This document shows, piece after piece, positions 8,945 to 16,325 of a DNA stretch of 26,442 nucleotides (position 1 is its first letter; each line of letters begins with the position of its first letter). The notes beneath the pieces are model-generated. The model was not told the DNA's origin and made no database searches. It was given only the letters and a program-made list of their open reading frames with translations. The stretch is from a virus (taxonomy: Duplodnaviria > Caudoviricetes): IMG/VR virus record IMGVR_UViG_3300025018_000484, positions 1 through 26,442 of that record; one strand, 5' to 3'. Position numbers and translations under genes: made by a program.

Positions 8945-10791
8945 GACAACTTAATCCCGATAAGCTTAGCTGTGCCGGCGTTGATGGTCCCTGAGGATGG
9001 CTCCAGCCTAAGGCCGTTGATGGTGGTTGAACAGAATGCGCCTCCAATCACCGTGGCATCCGCGCCAACCGCCTTCCGGCGGGCATTTACGTCGACATAA
9101 CTTATCCCGGCGACACCTACACGGGAAAACCTAGCAACGCCGGTGCTTGGTGTCCCTGCGTCAAATTCTAGTCCTGCAGTGAAAGCGTTTGCAAATGTGC
9201 CGCTTGTGTAGCCTCCCACCTGCCATCCGCTAAAATACGCCCCCCACACGTTATCCGAAGCACGTCTTTGTTTGAGCAAAAGATTGGTGGCAGAGCTAGG
9301 CCCGAGCCCCGCCCACTCCAACAGATAATGCTCGTATGTCCCGTCGATGCCGGTCGTAAAATCAATCGCCGAAACCGGCGACGATACAGTCACGGAGCTG
9401 ATCAGAACCGGCCCACTCTTCCCAAAAGTCCGAAACGACGAGCCATTGCAATGCACCATCAGCACCGCGCCAGCCTTCAAGGTCAGCGTGGTCGCGCCGT
9501 CAATCGTCTCGGAATTGTTCGGATCAATGGTAATGACACCACTGCCGATATTACGAACATAGCAATACCAGCCATCACCAAGCGTTGCGGCGGCAGTCAG
9601 GGCGAGCGTCCATGTGCTGCTACATGTGATTTCCAAACCGAAATCAGCCGCGACAGCCGTGTAGGCCGATGACTGGATGTTCGACCGCATCAATCGCGCT
9701 TCGCGGACCCGCAACGGCGACATGAACTTGGTGTTGTTCGTGCCAGCGCGGGCCTCTGCCTGAGGCGCGACAGTAGGTACATCACTGGTCATTGCCAGTG
9801 TGCCATCCTTGTCAGGAACGGTGATTGTGCGCGTGGTTTCAGTTGTTAAACCCGCCGTGGCAAAAGCCACCTGTTTCGTGGCGTCTGCATCATCATTCAA
9901 CCGGAATACGTCTGTTCCAAATTCAGGCAGCGCCCAGCTTGCATTCGTGCCGTCAGTCGTGACAAACTTTCCGCCATTGCCAGCCTGCCCCGGCAGCGCC
10001 GAGCTGAATGCTGTTGCCGATATGTAATTCTTGATGGAAAGCGATGTCGCCAGTGTGGTTGCTGATGCGCTTGCAAACGTATCGTCGTTTTGCAAGGTGA
10101 TAGCCGTTGGAACCGCCACGCCGCCCGACACATTGCCGAGAACTGTGTAATTGGCCTGTGTCGCCATTTTTGCCAGCGTCACCGCATTGTCTGCGAGCTT
10201 CGCCGTAGTGACATTCGCATCGAGGATTTTGGCGGTCGTGACGTTCGCATCGGCGATCTTTGCCGCGGTCACATTGCTGTCGGCAATCTTTGCGGTCGTG
10301 ACATTGCTATCCGCGATTTTCGCGGTCGTCACATTCGCATCAAGGATTTTCGCCGTGGTCACCGCATCGCTTGCGATCTGGGCTGCAACAATCGTTCCCG
10401 ATGCCGTTGCCAGATCGAGCTTGAAGCAATCCGTACCGTTTGAATAAACGAACCCGGAATAGCCCTGCGTGATCGTGACGGATGCTCCGGCCCCGCCGGT
10501 CACTTGGTACGTGACTGTAAAGGCCCCGGAGGTCGCATTGCGGACGTACCAAATGCGCCCGATAGAGGCGATGACACCAACAGTCAGATTGCCTGTCAGC
10601 GTCCCGGTAAAGACGTGAGCCGCCTTGTTGCTCTGTGCCTGGGTCAGCGTGACCGTGCCGGAGGTGGTAGATATCGTCTCGACATCACCAGCCGCCGAAT
10701 TGAGCGCGTTAAAGTCAGCAATGACCTTATCGCCCCATGTGTCATAATCGCCGCCGACTGTGTAGTCACTTAGCGCCAGATTGTCAGCCAT
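8941..10791 (-). CDS. tail fibre protein
   Basis: 616 aa, Thr/Ala/Gly-rich. Contains 10-aa VTTAKIADxN repeats, ALPGQAGNGGKFVTTDG and AEARAGTNNTKFMSPLR fibre motifs, and a C-terminal receptor-binding-like beta domain. Confidence 0.8.
   Translation of the reverse strand: MADNLALSDYTVGGDYDTWGDKVIADFNALNSAAGDVETISTTSGTVTLTQAQSNKAAHVFTGTLTGNLTVGVIASIGRIWYVRNATSGAFTVTYQVTGGAGASVTITQGYSGFVYSNGTDCFKLDLATASGTIVAAQIASDAVTTAKILDANVTTAKIADSNVTTAKIADSNVTAAKIADANVTTAKILDANVTTAKLADNAVTLAKMATQANYTVLGNVSGGVAVPTAITLQNDDTFASASATTLATSLSIKNYISATAFSSALPGQAGNGGKFVTTDGTNASWALPEFGTDVFRLNDDADATKQVAFATAGLTTETTRTITVPDKDGTLAMTSDVPTVAPQAEARAGTNNTKFMSPLRVREARLMRSNIQSSAYTAVAADFGLEITCSSTWTLALTAAATLGDGWYCYVRNIGSGVITIDPNNSETIDGATTLTLKAGAVLMVHCNGSSFRTFGKSGPVLISSVTVSSPVSAIDFTTGIDGTYEHYLLEWAGLGPSSATNLLLKQRRASDNVWGAYFSGWQVGGYTSGTFANAFTAGLEFDAGTPSTGVARFSRVGVAGISYVDVNARRKAVGADATVIGGAFCSTTINGLRLEPSSGTINAGTAKLIGIKLS
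10162..10372 (-). repeat. degenerate 30-bp tandem repeat (~7 units) encoding VTTAKI(A/L)DxN in the fibre shaft
   Basis: Protein reads DAVTTAKILDANVTTAKIADSNVTTAKIADSNVTAAKIADANVTTAKILDANVTTAKLADNAVTLAK. The DNA units are visible, e.g. gcggtcgtgacattgc. Boundaries approximate. Confidence 0.85.
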
Positions 10792-10795
10792 ATGA

Positions 10796-11425
10796 CTACC
10801 CCACCCATCTCATGAATTGGCCGCGATGGTCATCAATCTCGGCCTGCGTGTTGATGCTCGCGACGAAAGCAGCCATCCGCTGCATGGCTATCGTGTAGGC
10901 TTCCGTATTGCGCATCTGGTCATAGCCAGCCGCCAGACATGCGGCCCGCATCAGGTGCGGATAGCGTGTGGTCAGGAAGTTCGTGGGATTGGCCTCGGAA
11001 AGCAGCTCCGGGCTTTGATAAAACAGCACCCGCGCCGTGATCGCCGCATCGGCTTTCGTGTCGAACTGGAACAGCTCGCCAAACACCGAATAATAGCATG
11101 GCTTTCCCGTCGAGATCACGCCCGACGAATAGTCCCGCAGGTTTTCAAGTTCCGACCATTCCTTATGCTCAAGATCGGCATTGTTCGTCACGTCGCGCAT
11201 GGAAAGCGAGGACAGATACCGATCAGGCAATGCCGCCGTCTCCGATCCCGATGTGATCGACACTGTTGCTGCCGCCTGCATTTCCCGAACCCGCAAGGTC
11301 TGGGAGATCAAGGCCTGCGCATCTTCAAGCGCCGCCTCGACATCCAGATGGCGATAGTTGATCCATTTGCGGATCGCGCCATCTTCGGTCTTTTCAGCCG
11401 TCAGGGTCGCGTAGGTCATCGCCAT
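10796..11425 (-). CDS. head-tail adaptor protein (podovirus type)
   Basis: 209 aa. MTYATL...ALPDRYL...GKPCYYSVFG...NPTNFLTTRYPHLMRAACL is typical of podovirus adaptor proteins, and the position fits. Confidence 0.7.
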   Translation of the reverse strand: MAMTYATLTAEKTEDGAIRKWINYRHLDVEAALEDAQALISQTLRVREMQAAATVSITSGSETAALPDRYLSSLSMRDVTNNADLEHKEWSELENLRDYSSGVISTGKPCYYSVFGELFQFDTKADAAITARVLFYQSPELLSEANPTNFLTTRYPHLMRAACLAAGYDQMRNTEAYTIAMQRMAAFVASINTQAEIDDHRGQFMRWVG

Positions 11426-11426
11426 A

Positions 11427-11870
11427 TCAGCCAGCCTTCACTTCGGATTCTTGCACCAGACCGGCGTCAATGGCCTTGCCGATCAGATCATCCGACCCGC
11501 TGGCGATCTTGCCAAGAACGGCCTTGCCGTAGCCGCGAACCTTCATCCAGTTGGTTTCTGCGCCGTCTTCACCGCGAAGCCATTTCAGAAGCTCCGCCTT
11601 CGGATCAACTTCGGGCTTGGCGTCTTCCTCAATGATCTCGGTCTTTTTGTCGCCGTTCGCATCAATCGTGACGACTTCCGACCTGACCTTTTCAGGCTTC
11701 GGGGCCTTGATCTCAATTGTCAGGATTTCACCCGTATCGATGTCAACAGGCTGGCCTGCGCCGTTGAAGTGATAGCCGATGCCGTCTTCCGCGACCTGGA
11801 ACCACACCGCCCCGTTAAGAGGCGGCGTGACAGTTCCAGACGGTTTGTATTTGTCAAACCGGAGTTGCAT
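11427..11870 (-). CDS. hypothetical phage protein
   Basis: 147 aa, AAGGA RBS, tightly packed in the operon. Confidence 0.7.
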   Translation of the reverse strand: MQLRFDKYKPSGTVTPPLNGAVWFQVAEDGIGYHFNGAGQPVDIDTGEILTIEIKAPKPEKVRSEVVTIDANGDKKTEIIEEDAKPEVDPKAELLKWLRGEDGAETNWMKVRGYGKAVLGKIASGSDDLIGKAIDAGLVQESEVKAG

Positions 11871-11873
11871 CGG

Positions 11874-12068
11874 TCAGTCCTTCTTGCCGAGGGTGTCGGA
11901 AAGATTGGACATGCCGCCGCCCATTTTCATTTTGGCGGCGACTTCCTTACGGGCACCGCCCGAGTAGTCGGAGTGATCCATGCCGACAGGGGTGACAAGC
12001 GTCTGGCCATCGCCAATCGACTTCTTGACCGTGCCGGACATATTCGAGTTGGAGCGTTTCGGATCCAT
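11874..12068 (-). CDS. small hypothetical protein (MDPKRSNSN...)
   Basis: The ATG at 12068 has AAAGGA upstream, so it is preferred over the track start at 12152. 64 aa. Confidence 0.6.
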   Translation of the reverse strand: MDPKRSNSNMSGTVKKSIGDGQTLVTPVGMDHSDYSGGARKEVAAKMKMGGGMSNLSDTLGKKD

Positions 12069-12069
12069 T

Positions 12070-12210
12070 TCATTCGTCCTTTTCAAACATGCGTGAGTGA
12101 GAACATTCGCCAGCTTCCCGGCGAACATCGCGTCGGTAGTTGTCAGAGGCACGGGAGATCACGCGATAGCCATCCTTCTGGATATCGCCAGTCTCGTTGC
12201 CTTTGTTCAT
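12070..12210 (-). CDS. possible 46-aa hypothetical protein (MNKGNETGDIQKDG...)
   Basis: Fills the gap between neighbours. The stop lies 1 nt before the next ATG. The RBS is weak and inside a hairpin. Confidence 0.35.
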   Translation of the reverse strand: MNKGNETGDIQKDGYRVISRASDNYRRDVRREAGECSHSRMFEKDE

Positions 12211-12217
12211 GGGAGTA

Positions 12218-12242
12218 GCCCCCGCCCGGTTAGGACGGAGGC
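12218..12242 (-). terminator. GC-rich hairpin after the capsid/decoration genes (attenuator or mRNA-stabilising stem)
   Basis: GCCUCCGUCC-UAACC-GGGCGGGGGC forms 10 bp with G-U pairs. No good U tract follows. Confidence 0.4.
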
Positions 12243-12265
12243 CGTAGAGTGTGACCTTCATAAGG

Positions 12266-12652
12266 TCAGTACCAGGACACGACGATGGTGACGTTCGCGA
12301 TACCGGCAGGAATGCCGCCAGTAGGAGCGATGAAGGCCACCTCAACCTGCTCATCTTCCGGGAGATCCGGGTTAATGATCGCGTCAACGTCATCCGCCGA
12401 GGCGACAAACGTGTTAGTCGCAGCAGTCTCGCCAAGGTTTGCTTCCGCGTAAGCGTCAGCGTCCGAGCCAGTACCAATGCGAATGTATGCCGGCGTGGTG
12501 TCGGTGGTGAAGGTCTCGGTGGAATACGCGATGATATCCTCGATATAACCGCGCTTTCCCTTCGGACCCTTGATCGAGACAGCACCAGCCCCCGCACCGA
12601 AATCGTGCGAGGTGAAGGTGTGCGAGACAGTCAGTGGTGTTGCATAAGCCAT
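12266..12652 (-). CDS. putative capsid-associated (decoration/cement-like) protein
   Basis: 128-aa beta-rich protein immediately after the capsid gene, with a strong AAGGAGA RBS. Confidence 0.6.
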   Translation of the reverse strand: MAYATPLTVSHTFTSHDFGAGAGAVSIKGPKGKRGYIEDIIAYSTETFTTDTTPAYIRIGTGSDADAYAEANLGETAATNTFVASADDVDAIINPDLPEDEQVEVAFIAPTGGIPAGIANVTIVVSWY

Positions 12653-12663
12653 GATGGTTCTCC

Positions 12664-12783
12664 TTATGCCGCGCTGTCGAACATCACGATGCGGGAGTTA
12701 GCCGCGTCGGGATGAGTGATGCCGAAACCGCACAGCGCATACCATGCAGCCCCGCGATCACGTCCGTAGTCTTCAGGGAGTTT
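12664..12783 (-). CDS. major capsid protein, exon 2 (KLPEDYGRDRGAAWYALCGFGITHPDAANSRIVMFDSAA*)
   Basis: Hand translation. 39 codons plus TAA, with no start codon of its own, beginning right after the intron terminal G at 12784. It joins exon 1 in frame (PEEIRA|KLPEDYGR) and supplies the DYGR...AWY C-terminal motif expected of N4-gp56-like capsids. Confidence 0.92.
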   Translation of the reverse strand, partial: KLPEDYGRDRGAAWYALCGFGITHPDAANSRIVMFDSAA

Positions 12784-13713
12784 CAAAAGTTCAGATAACG
12801 GCGCTACCCGTTACCCCGCTTTGCGAGCAATTGCTTTGTCCTCTCACTGTAGAGGACTTGCCGGATCTGGCTGTCTGTCAGGCCGTAGCGTTCCATAAGT
12901 TCTTTCATGGGAACGCCTGAATTACGAAGCTCGATGGCTTCGAACACAAGGGCTTCAGGATACTTGGTCCCGCCATGGACGCCGCTTAACGGCCCACCAG
13001 CAGTGCCTCGCTTTTTCCCCTTAAGGATTGTCGAGACGTGACCTTCGGAGATCTTGAACAGTGCCGCTATGGCCCGTCCAGTCATCCCCGCGTCCTTCAT
13101 AGACCTTATGGCCTTGACTTCCTTGTCTGTCAGTTTTGACATTCCATTCGCTTCCCCAAGGCATTGTCTGCCTCTGGCAACCATATCCGCGATATTGTCG
13201 GCTTGGCTACCAAGGAGCAAATGCTCCGGGTTCAAACAAGATGGATTGTCGCAACGATGACGAACAACCATTCCTGTTGGGATCGGACCTTTGTGGATCA
13301 GGTAAGACGCCCTGTGGGCGTAGATGGGGGTATCACCCCATATTTCATGAACTCTGATCTGTCCGTAACCGTGGCTCTTGCCAAGGTTCCATTCCCAACA
13401 ACCGTTAGCGGAAACTTCCCAGTTCTCGCTTAAGGCTCGCATCACTGCCCGCCGTTTCCGACGGGATCGGACTATATCATCACCCCACATTTCTGTGGGG
13501 GCCGGGCGCTTCGGGTCCGCTTGGACCCTATAGGGTAATCCCCTAGTCTCTGAACGTTCCGCTTTCGCGGCTTCGCTGCTGATTGGCATAGACATATCTC
13601 CAAGAAGCTAAACTCCCTGAATATAACATGCCCTTAGCTTTCCAGCAATTCACCCAGTTTTACACATGCGTTACCGCATGAGGTGCCAAACTTCCTTAAT
13701 GGAGAGTTGCTCT
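12784..13713 (-). ncRNA. group I self-splicing intron (IA2-like), 930 nt, in the major capsid gene
   Basis: Core motifs: P GAAUUGCUGGAAA (13639-13651), Q AAUCAGCAG (13576-13584), R UUCAGAGACUA (13544-13554), S GAUAUAGUCC (13469-13478). P1 pairs exon GUGCU with IGS GGCAC, U.G at the splice site; P10 is AGUUU/AAACU. P2 CAUGCG-GUAA-CGCAUG, P3 CUGGGUG/CGCCCGG, P7.1, P7.2, P8 CCCCAC/GUGGGG and P9 with GAAA loop are all present. Ends in G. Confidence 0.95.
12804..13589 (-). CDS. intron-encoded HNH homing endonuclease with C-terminal HTH-like DNA-binding modules
   Basis: CWEW...GYGQI...AHRASY...VRHRCDNPSCLNPEHLLLGSQADNIADM is an HNH motif, followed by GEANGMSKLTDKEVKAIR...IAALFKISEGHVSTIL and a second HTH-like segment. 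Start placed at ATG 13589 (GGAG at 13598-13601, 8-nt spacing). ATG 13595 or GTG/ATG near 13443-13446 are alternatives. Confidence 0.9.
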   Translation of the reverse strand: MPISSEAAKAERSETRGLPYRVQADPKRPAPTEMWGDDIVRSRRKRRAVMRALSENWEVSANGCWEWNLGKSHGYGQIRVHEIWGDTPIYAHRASYLIHKGPIPTGMVVRHRCDNPSCLNPEHLLLGSQADNIADMVARGRQCLGEANGMSKLTDKEVKAIRSMKDAGMTGRAIAALFKISEGHVSTILKGKKRGTAGGPLSGVHGGTKYPEALVFEAIELRNSGVPMKELMERYGLTDSQIRQVLYSERTKQLLAKRGNG

Positions 13714-14592
13714 AGCACGGATTTCTTCGGGAACGACCGATGCCTCAGTGACAGGATCGTCACCAAAGAACATGGCCCACGATGCCTTGCCGTTGTCCCA
13801 TGCGTCTGCCGTGTCGGTGTACGCGTCAAACGTGGTGGAATCGGCAGCGCCGCCCTTCGGGATCATGCTCTGCTCTACGAAAGTGGTGTCTTCGTAGCGT
13901 CCGACTTCGCCGAACTTGATGTAGCCCAGGCCGGTGTCCGTGTACTGGTGAACAGATTCCAGGCTGTTCTTGATGCCGCGCATGTTGGTGACATCGGTGA
14001 CACAGAAGTAACCGTCATTGTCGCGGTGAGGCGGAATGCTGGCTTCCTTCATGTAGTCCACGATGGCCTTCACATGGCCGGTGCCGAGAGCAACGTCATT
14101 GGTTGCCGCAGCAGTGCTGTTCGTGGTCACAGTAACAGCCGTGGTGGACGTACCCGAGGTGGGAACGGCACGAACGACAGTCTGCTTGAACTGCAAGAAG
14201 GTTTCGACATCGAACTGGGTTGCTGCCATGTACGACAGGCCAGACTGAATAATGCCTTCCCAGTCTTCCTTGGAGAGAAGCTGAGCCTTCTGGGTGTGCT
14301 CGATGGCACCGCCCATTTCCACAACGGTCAACGACCGCTGGAGCTTGGTCAGCGTCTCGGAGGGGACGCGGGTGTTCTCCTGCAAGCGGTAGTTCTTGCG
14401 CGGGGGCTTGGAGTACACATTCCAGTAGAATGTATCACCAGCACGAGGCTGAGCCCCACCGCTGCCGCCACCATCCGCAAGAGTTGCGAACTGACGGAAT
14501 TTTGCCTTCGGGCGAAGGCTTTCACGGAGCATATTCGAAACCTGATTGGAGTGAATATATCCGTCCTGCTGGTCCCATGTAATTTGCGACAT
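13714..14592 (-). CDS. major capsid protein, exon 1 (N4-gp56-like family); spliced product 332 aa
   Basis: Follows the scaffold gene. Motifs GDTFYWNVYS, L.E...VP and GEVGRYEDTTFVEQ. 293 codons ending GCT at the 5' splice site. The unspliced frame stops 5 codons later in the P1 loop (13696). Confidence 0.9.
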
Positions 14593-14627
14593 GGTTTTAA
14601 CCTTTCACAGTTGGAAAGGTCGAGCCG

Positions 14628-15947
14628 CTACCTGTTGCCGACTGGTCGCCCACGCCGCTTGTTGCGTTCCTCGGCACGAACACGGGCTGCGCGTTCTTCC
14701 GGGGTTTCAACTTTTCGAGGCGTGTCCGATTGCTGGCGAGGCATATTTGCCCGACCGGGTTGATTGCGAATTTCGTCTTTTCGACCAGACCGATCGACAG
14801 ACGGGGTTCGCGCTTCACCATTCACATCCGGGCTGCTGTGTTCTCCGGTGGGTATCGGCTGGGTGGTGCCTGAAAACCTTGAAGCGACGTTTGTTGCGAC
14901 CGCGCGAATGACTTCGCTTGGACGCGGCAGTTTGTACCCCTTGAAGGTCATGTCCTTATAGAGGTGCATGAGTTCCGGGCCGCGAGCCTGCGCAAGGTAA
15001 TCGGGTGTGATCCCGCTTTGCGCAAATGCTGCCTGGACTTGCGGGCCTGCGTCATCAATCGCCTTGGCAATCAATGTGCGATAACCCGCATCGTAGTAAG
15101 CAGGCATGGATTCCCTGACAAAGGGATCGGCCATTGCCTGCGGTGCCTGTTCGCCAATGATCCGCTGGGCTTCGCTCAAGCCAGTCTGCACATCATTTAC
15201 GAAAACCTGTTCCCGCCGTTGCGTCTCGCGGGCTTCAATCTGTTGTGTCGTGGCAATCTCGGCCTGGGCGTCAAACATTTCTGCCTGAGCCTGTGCGAGC
15301 TTGTCCCGAGCGCCTTCCTTGCCGTATTCGAAATCTTCGAGCGCCTGATTGTATGCCTCACGGGCAAGATCAAGACGGGATTTCTCGGCCTCCGGTTCCG
15401 GCCCCGGCGCTGTCTGCAAAGCCTGCTGTTGTGGCTGCTGCTTTGGCGCGCTGTTGACCTGTTCCTTGAGTTCGGCCAGTTCCCTCGCGTATTCACGACG
15501 GGCCATGACCATCTGAGCGTGGCGGTTCTTTTCCTTTTCAGGCATTGCCGCCAGATCGTCGTCGTCAAAGTCTTCCCGCAACAGTTCATTGCGGTCCTTG
15601 ACCGTCATCCGGTACGGCTGTTTGCGGACCTTGAGATCCACATAGTCATCGTCTTTCGGTGCCGGTGCAGGATCTTCCTCTTTCTGAGGGCGAGCAATGG
15701 CCGCGTCAGCCTGTTCCTGCTCCTGCTTGCGCCGTTCATTGGCGCGCTCTACGATTTCTCGCTCTTTGGCTTGTCTGGGGTCTTCTTTGACCTTCGGTGC
15801 ATCATCCACATCGGTATCAGTGGCAGGTGAGCCATCATCCACGTCCGGGGTGAAGTTCTGATCTGCTGCATCGGGACCCGGAGCGCGGCGTTGTTCGGCT
15901 TTCGGATCAATATCTGCCTCGGTGTCGGCAGGATTTACATAAGACAT
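14628..15947 (-). CDS. putative capsid scaffolding protein
   Basis: 439 aa, acidic, helical/coiled-coil with a basic C-terminal tip. Lies between portal and capsid. Confidence 0.7.
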   Translation of the reverse strand: MSYVNPADTEADIDPKAEQRRAPGPDAADQNFTPDVDDGSPATDTDVDDAPKVKEDPRQAKEREIVERANERRKQEQEQADAAIARPQKEEDPAPAPKDDDYVDLKVRKQPYRMTVKDRNELLREDFDDDDLAAMPEKEKNRHAQMVMARREYARELAELKEQVNSAPKQQPQQQALQTAPGPEPEAEKSRLDLAREAYNQALEDFEYGKEGARDKLAQAQAEMFDAQAEIATTQQIEARETQRREQVFVNDVQTGLSEAQRIIGEQAPQAMADPFVRESMPAYYDAGYRTLIAKAIDDAGPQVQAAFAQSGITPDYLAQARGPELMHLYKDMTFKGYKLPRPSEVIRAVATNVASRFSGTTQPIPTGEHSSPDVNGEARTPSVDRSGRKDEIRNQPGRANMPRQQSDTPRKVETPEERAARVRAEERNKRRGRPVGNR

Positions 15948-15950
15948 GAT

Positions 15951-16322
15951 TTACCTTTCAAGGTTGGCGACGAATTCGTAATCTTCGTCAGTGAGTTCGG
16001 GCTGATCGCCCTCTTGATTGACTTCCGCAACTTCCGACGAAACCCGGTATTGTGAGAGGATCGTCATCAGGTGTGTGTATCGTCTGACCTCGCCTTGCAG
16101 CCTCGCTACCAGTGCGGTGTCGGATGGATCGCAACAAACAAGGTCTGTCATTGCCGCATGGGCCGTGCCACGCAGTTCAAGAAGCATCCGGGTGAATGGG
16201 CCTCTTGACCGCAGATCGCCGCGTATGGCCTCCCAGGCGGCTGCTACGTCATATTCAGGCGAATAGGTTTCGTCCCTCGCCGCGATGTCCGCCAGCGAGC
16301 CGTCAAAATCATCATCGATCAT
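15951..16322 (-). CDS. hypothetical head-module protein
   Basis: 123 aa, tightly packed between portal and scaffold. Confidence 0.7.
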   Translation of the reverse strand: MIDDDFDGSLADIAARDETYSPEYDVAAAWEAIRGDLRSRGPFTRMLLELRGTAHAAMTDLVCCDPSDTALVARLQGEVRRYTHLMTILSQYRVSSEVAEVNQEGDQPELTDEDYEFVANLER

Positions 16323-16325
16323 GCG

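Noticed and set aside
8941-9400. Diversity-generating retroelement target in the fibre tip
   Set aside because: No reverse transcriptase and no second near-identical template copy seen in the window.
10162-10372. CRISPR-like array
   Set aside because: Degenerate in-frame 30-bp coding repeats without unique spacers.
12070-12597. 175-aa - strand ORF
   Set aside because: Mostly an alternative frame over the 128-aa gene. Only its last 46 codons are plausibly a gene.
12784-13713. Free-standing HNH gene, intein or group II intron instead of a group I intron
   Set aside because: Exon 1 has an in-frame stop, which excludes an intein. There is no GUGYG start or RT ORF. All group I core pairings are present.
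13696-14592. 298-aa ORF as the complete capsid protein
   Set aside because: The last five residues (RATLH) are read from intron P1. The conserved C-terminus is in exon 2.
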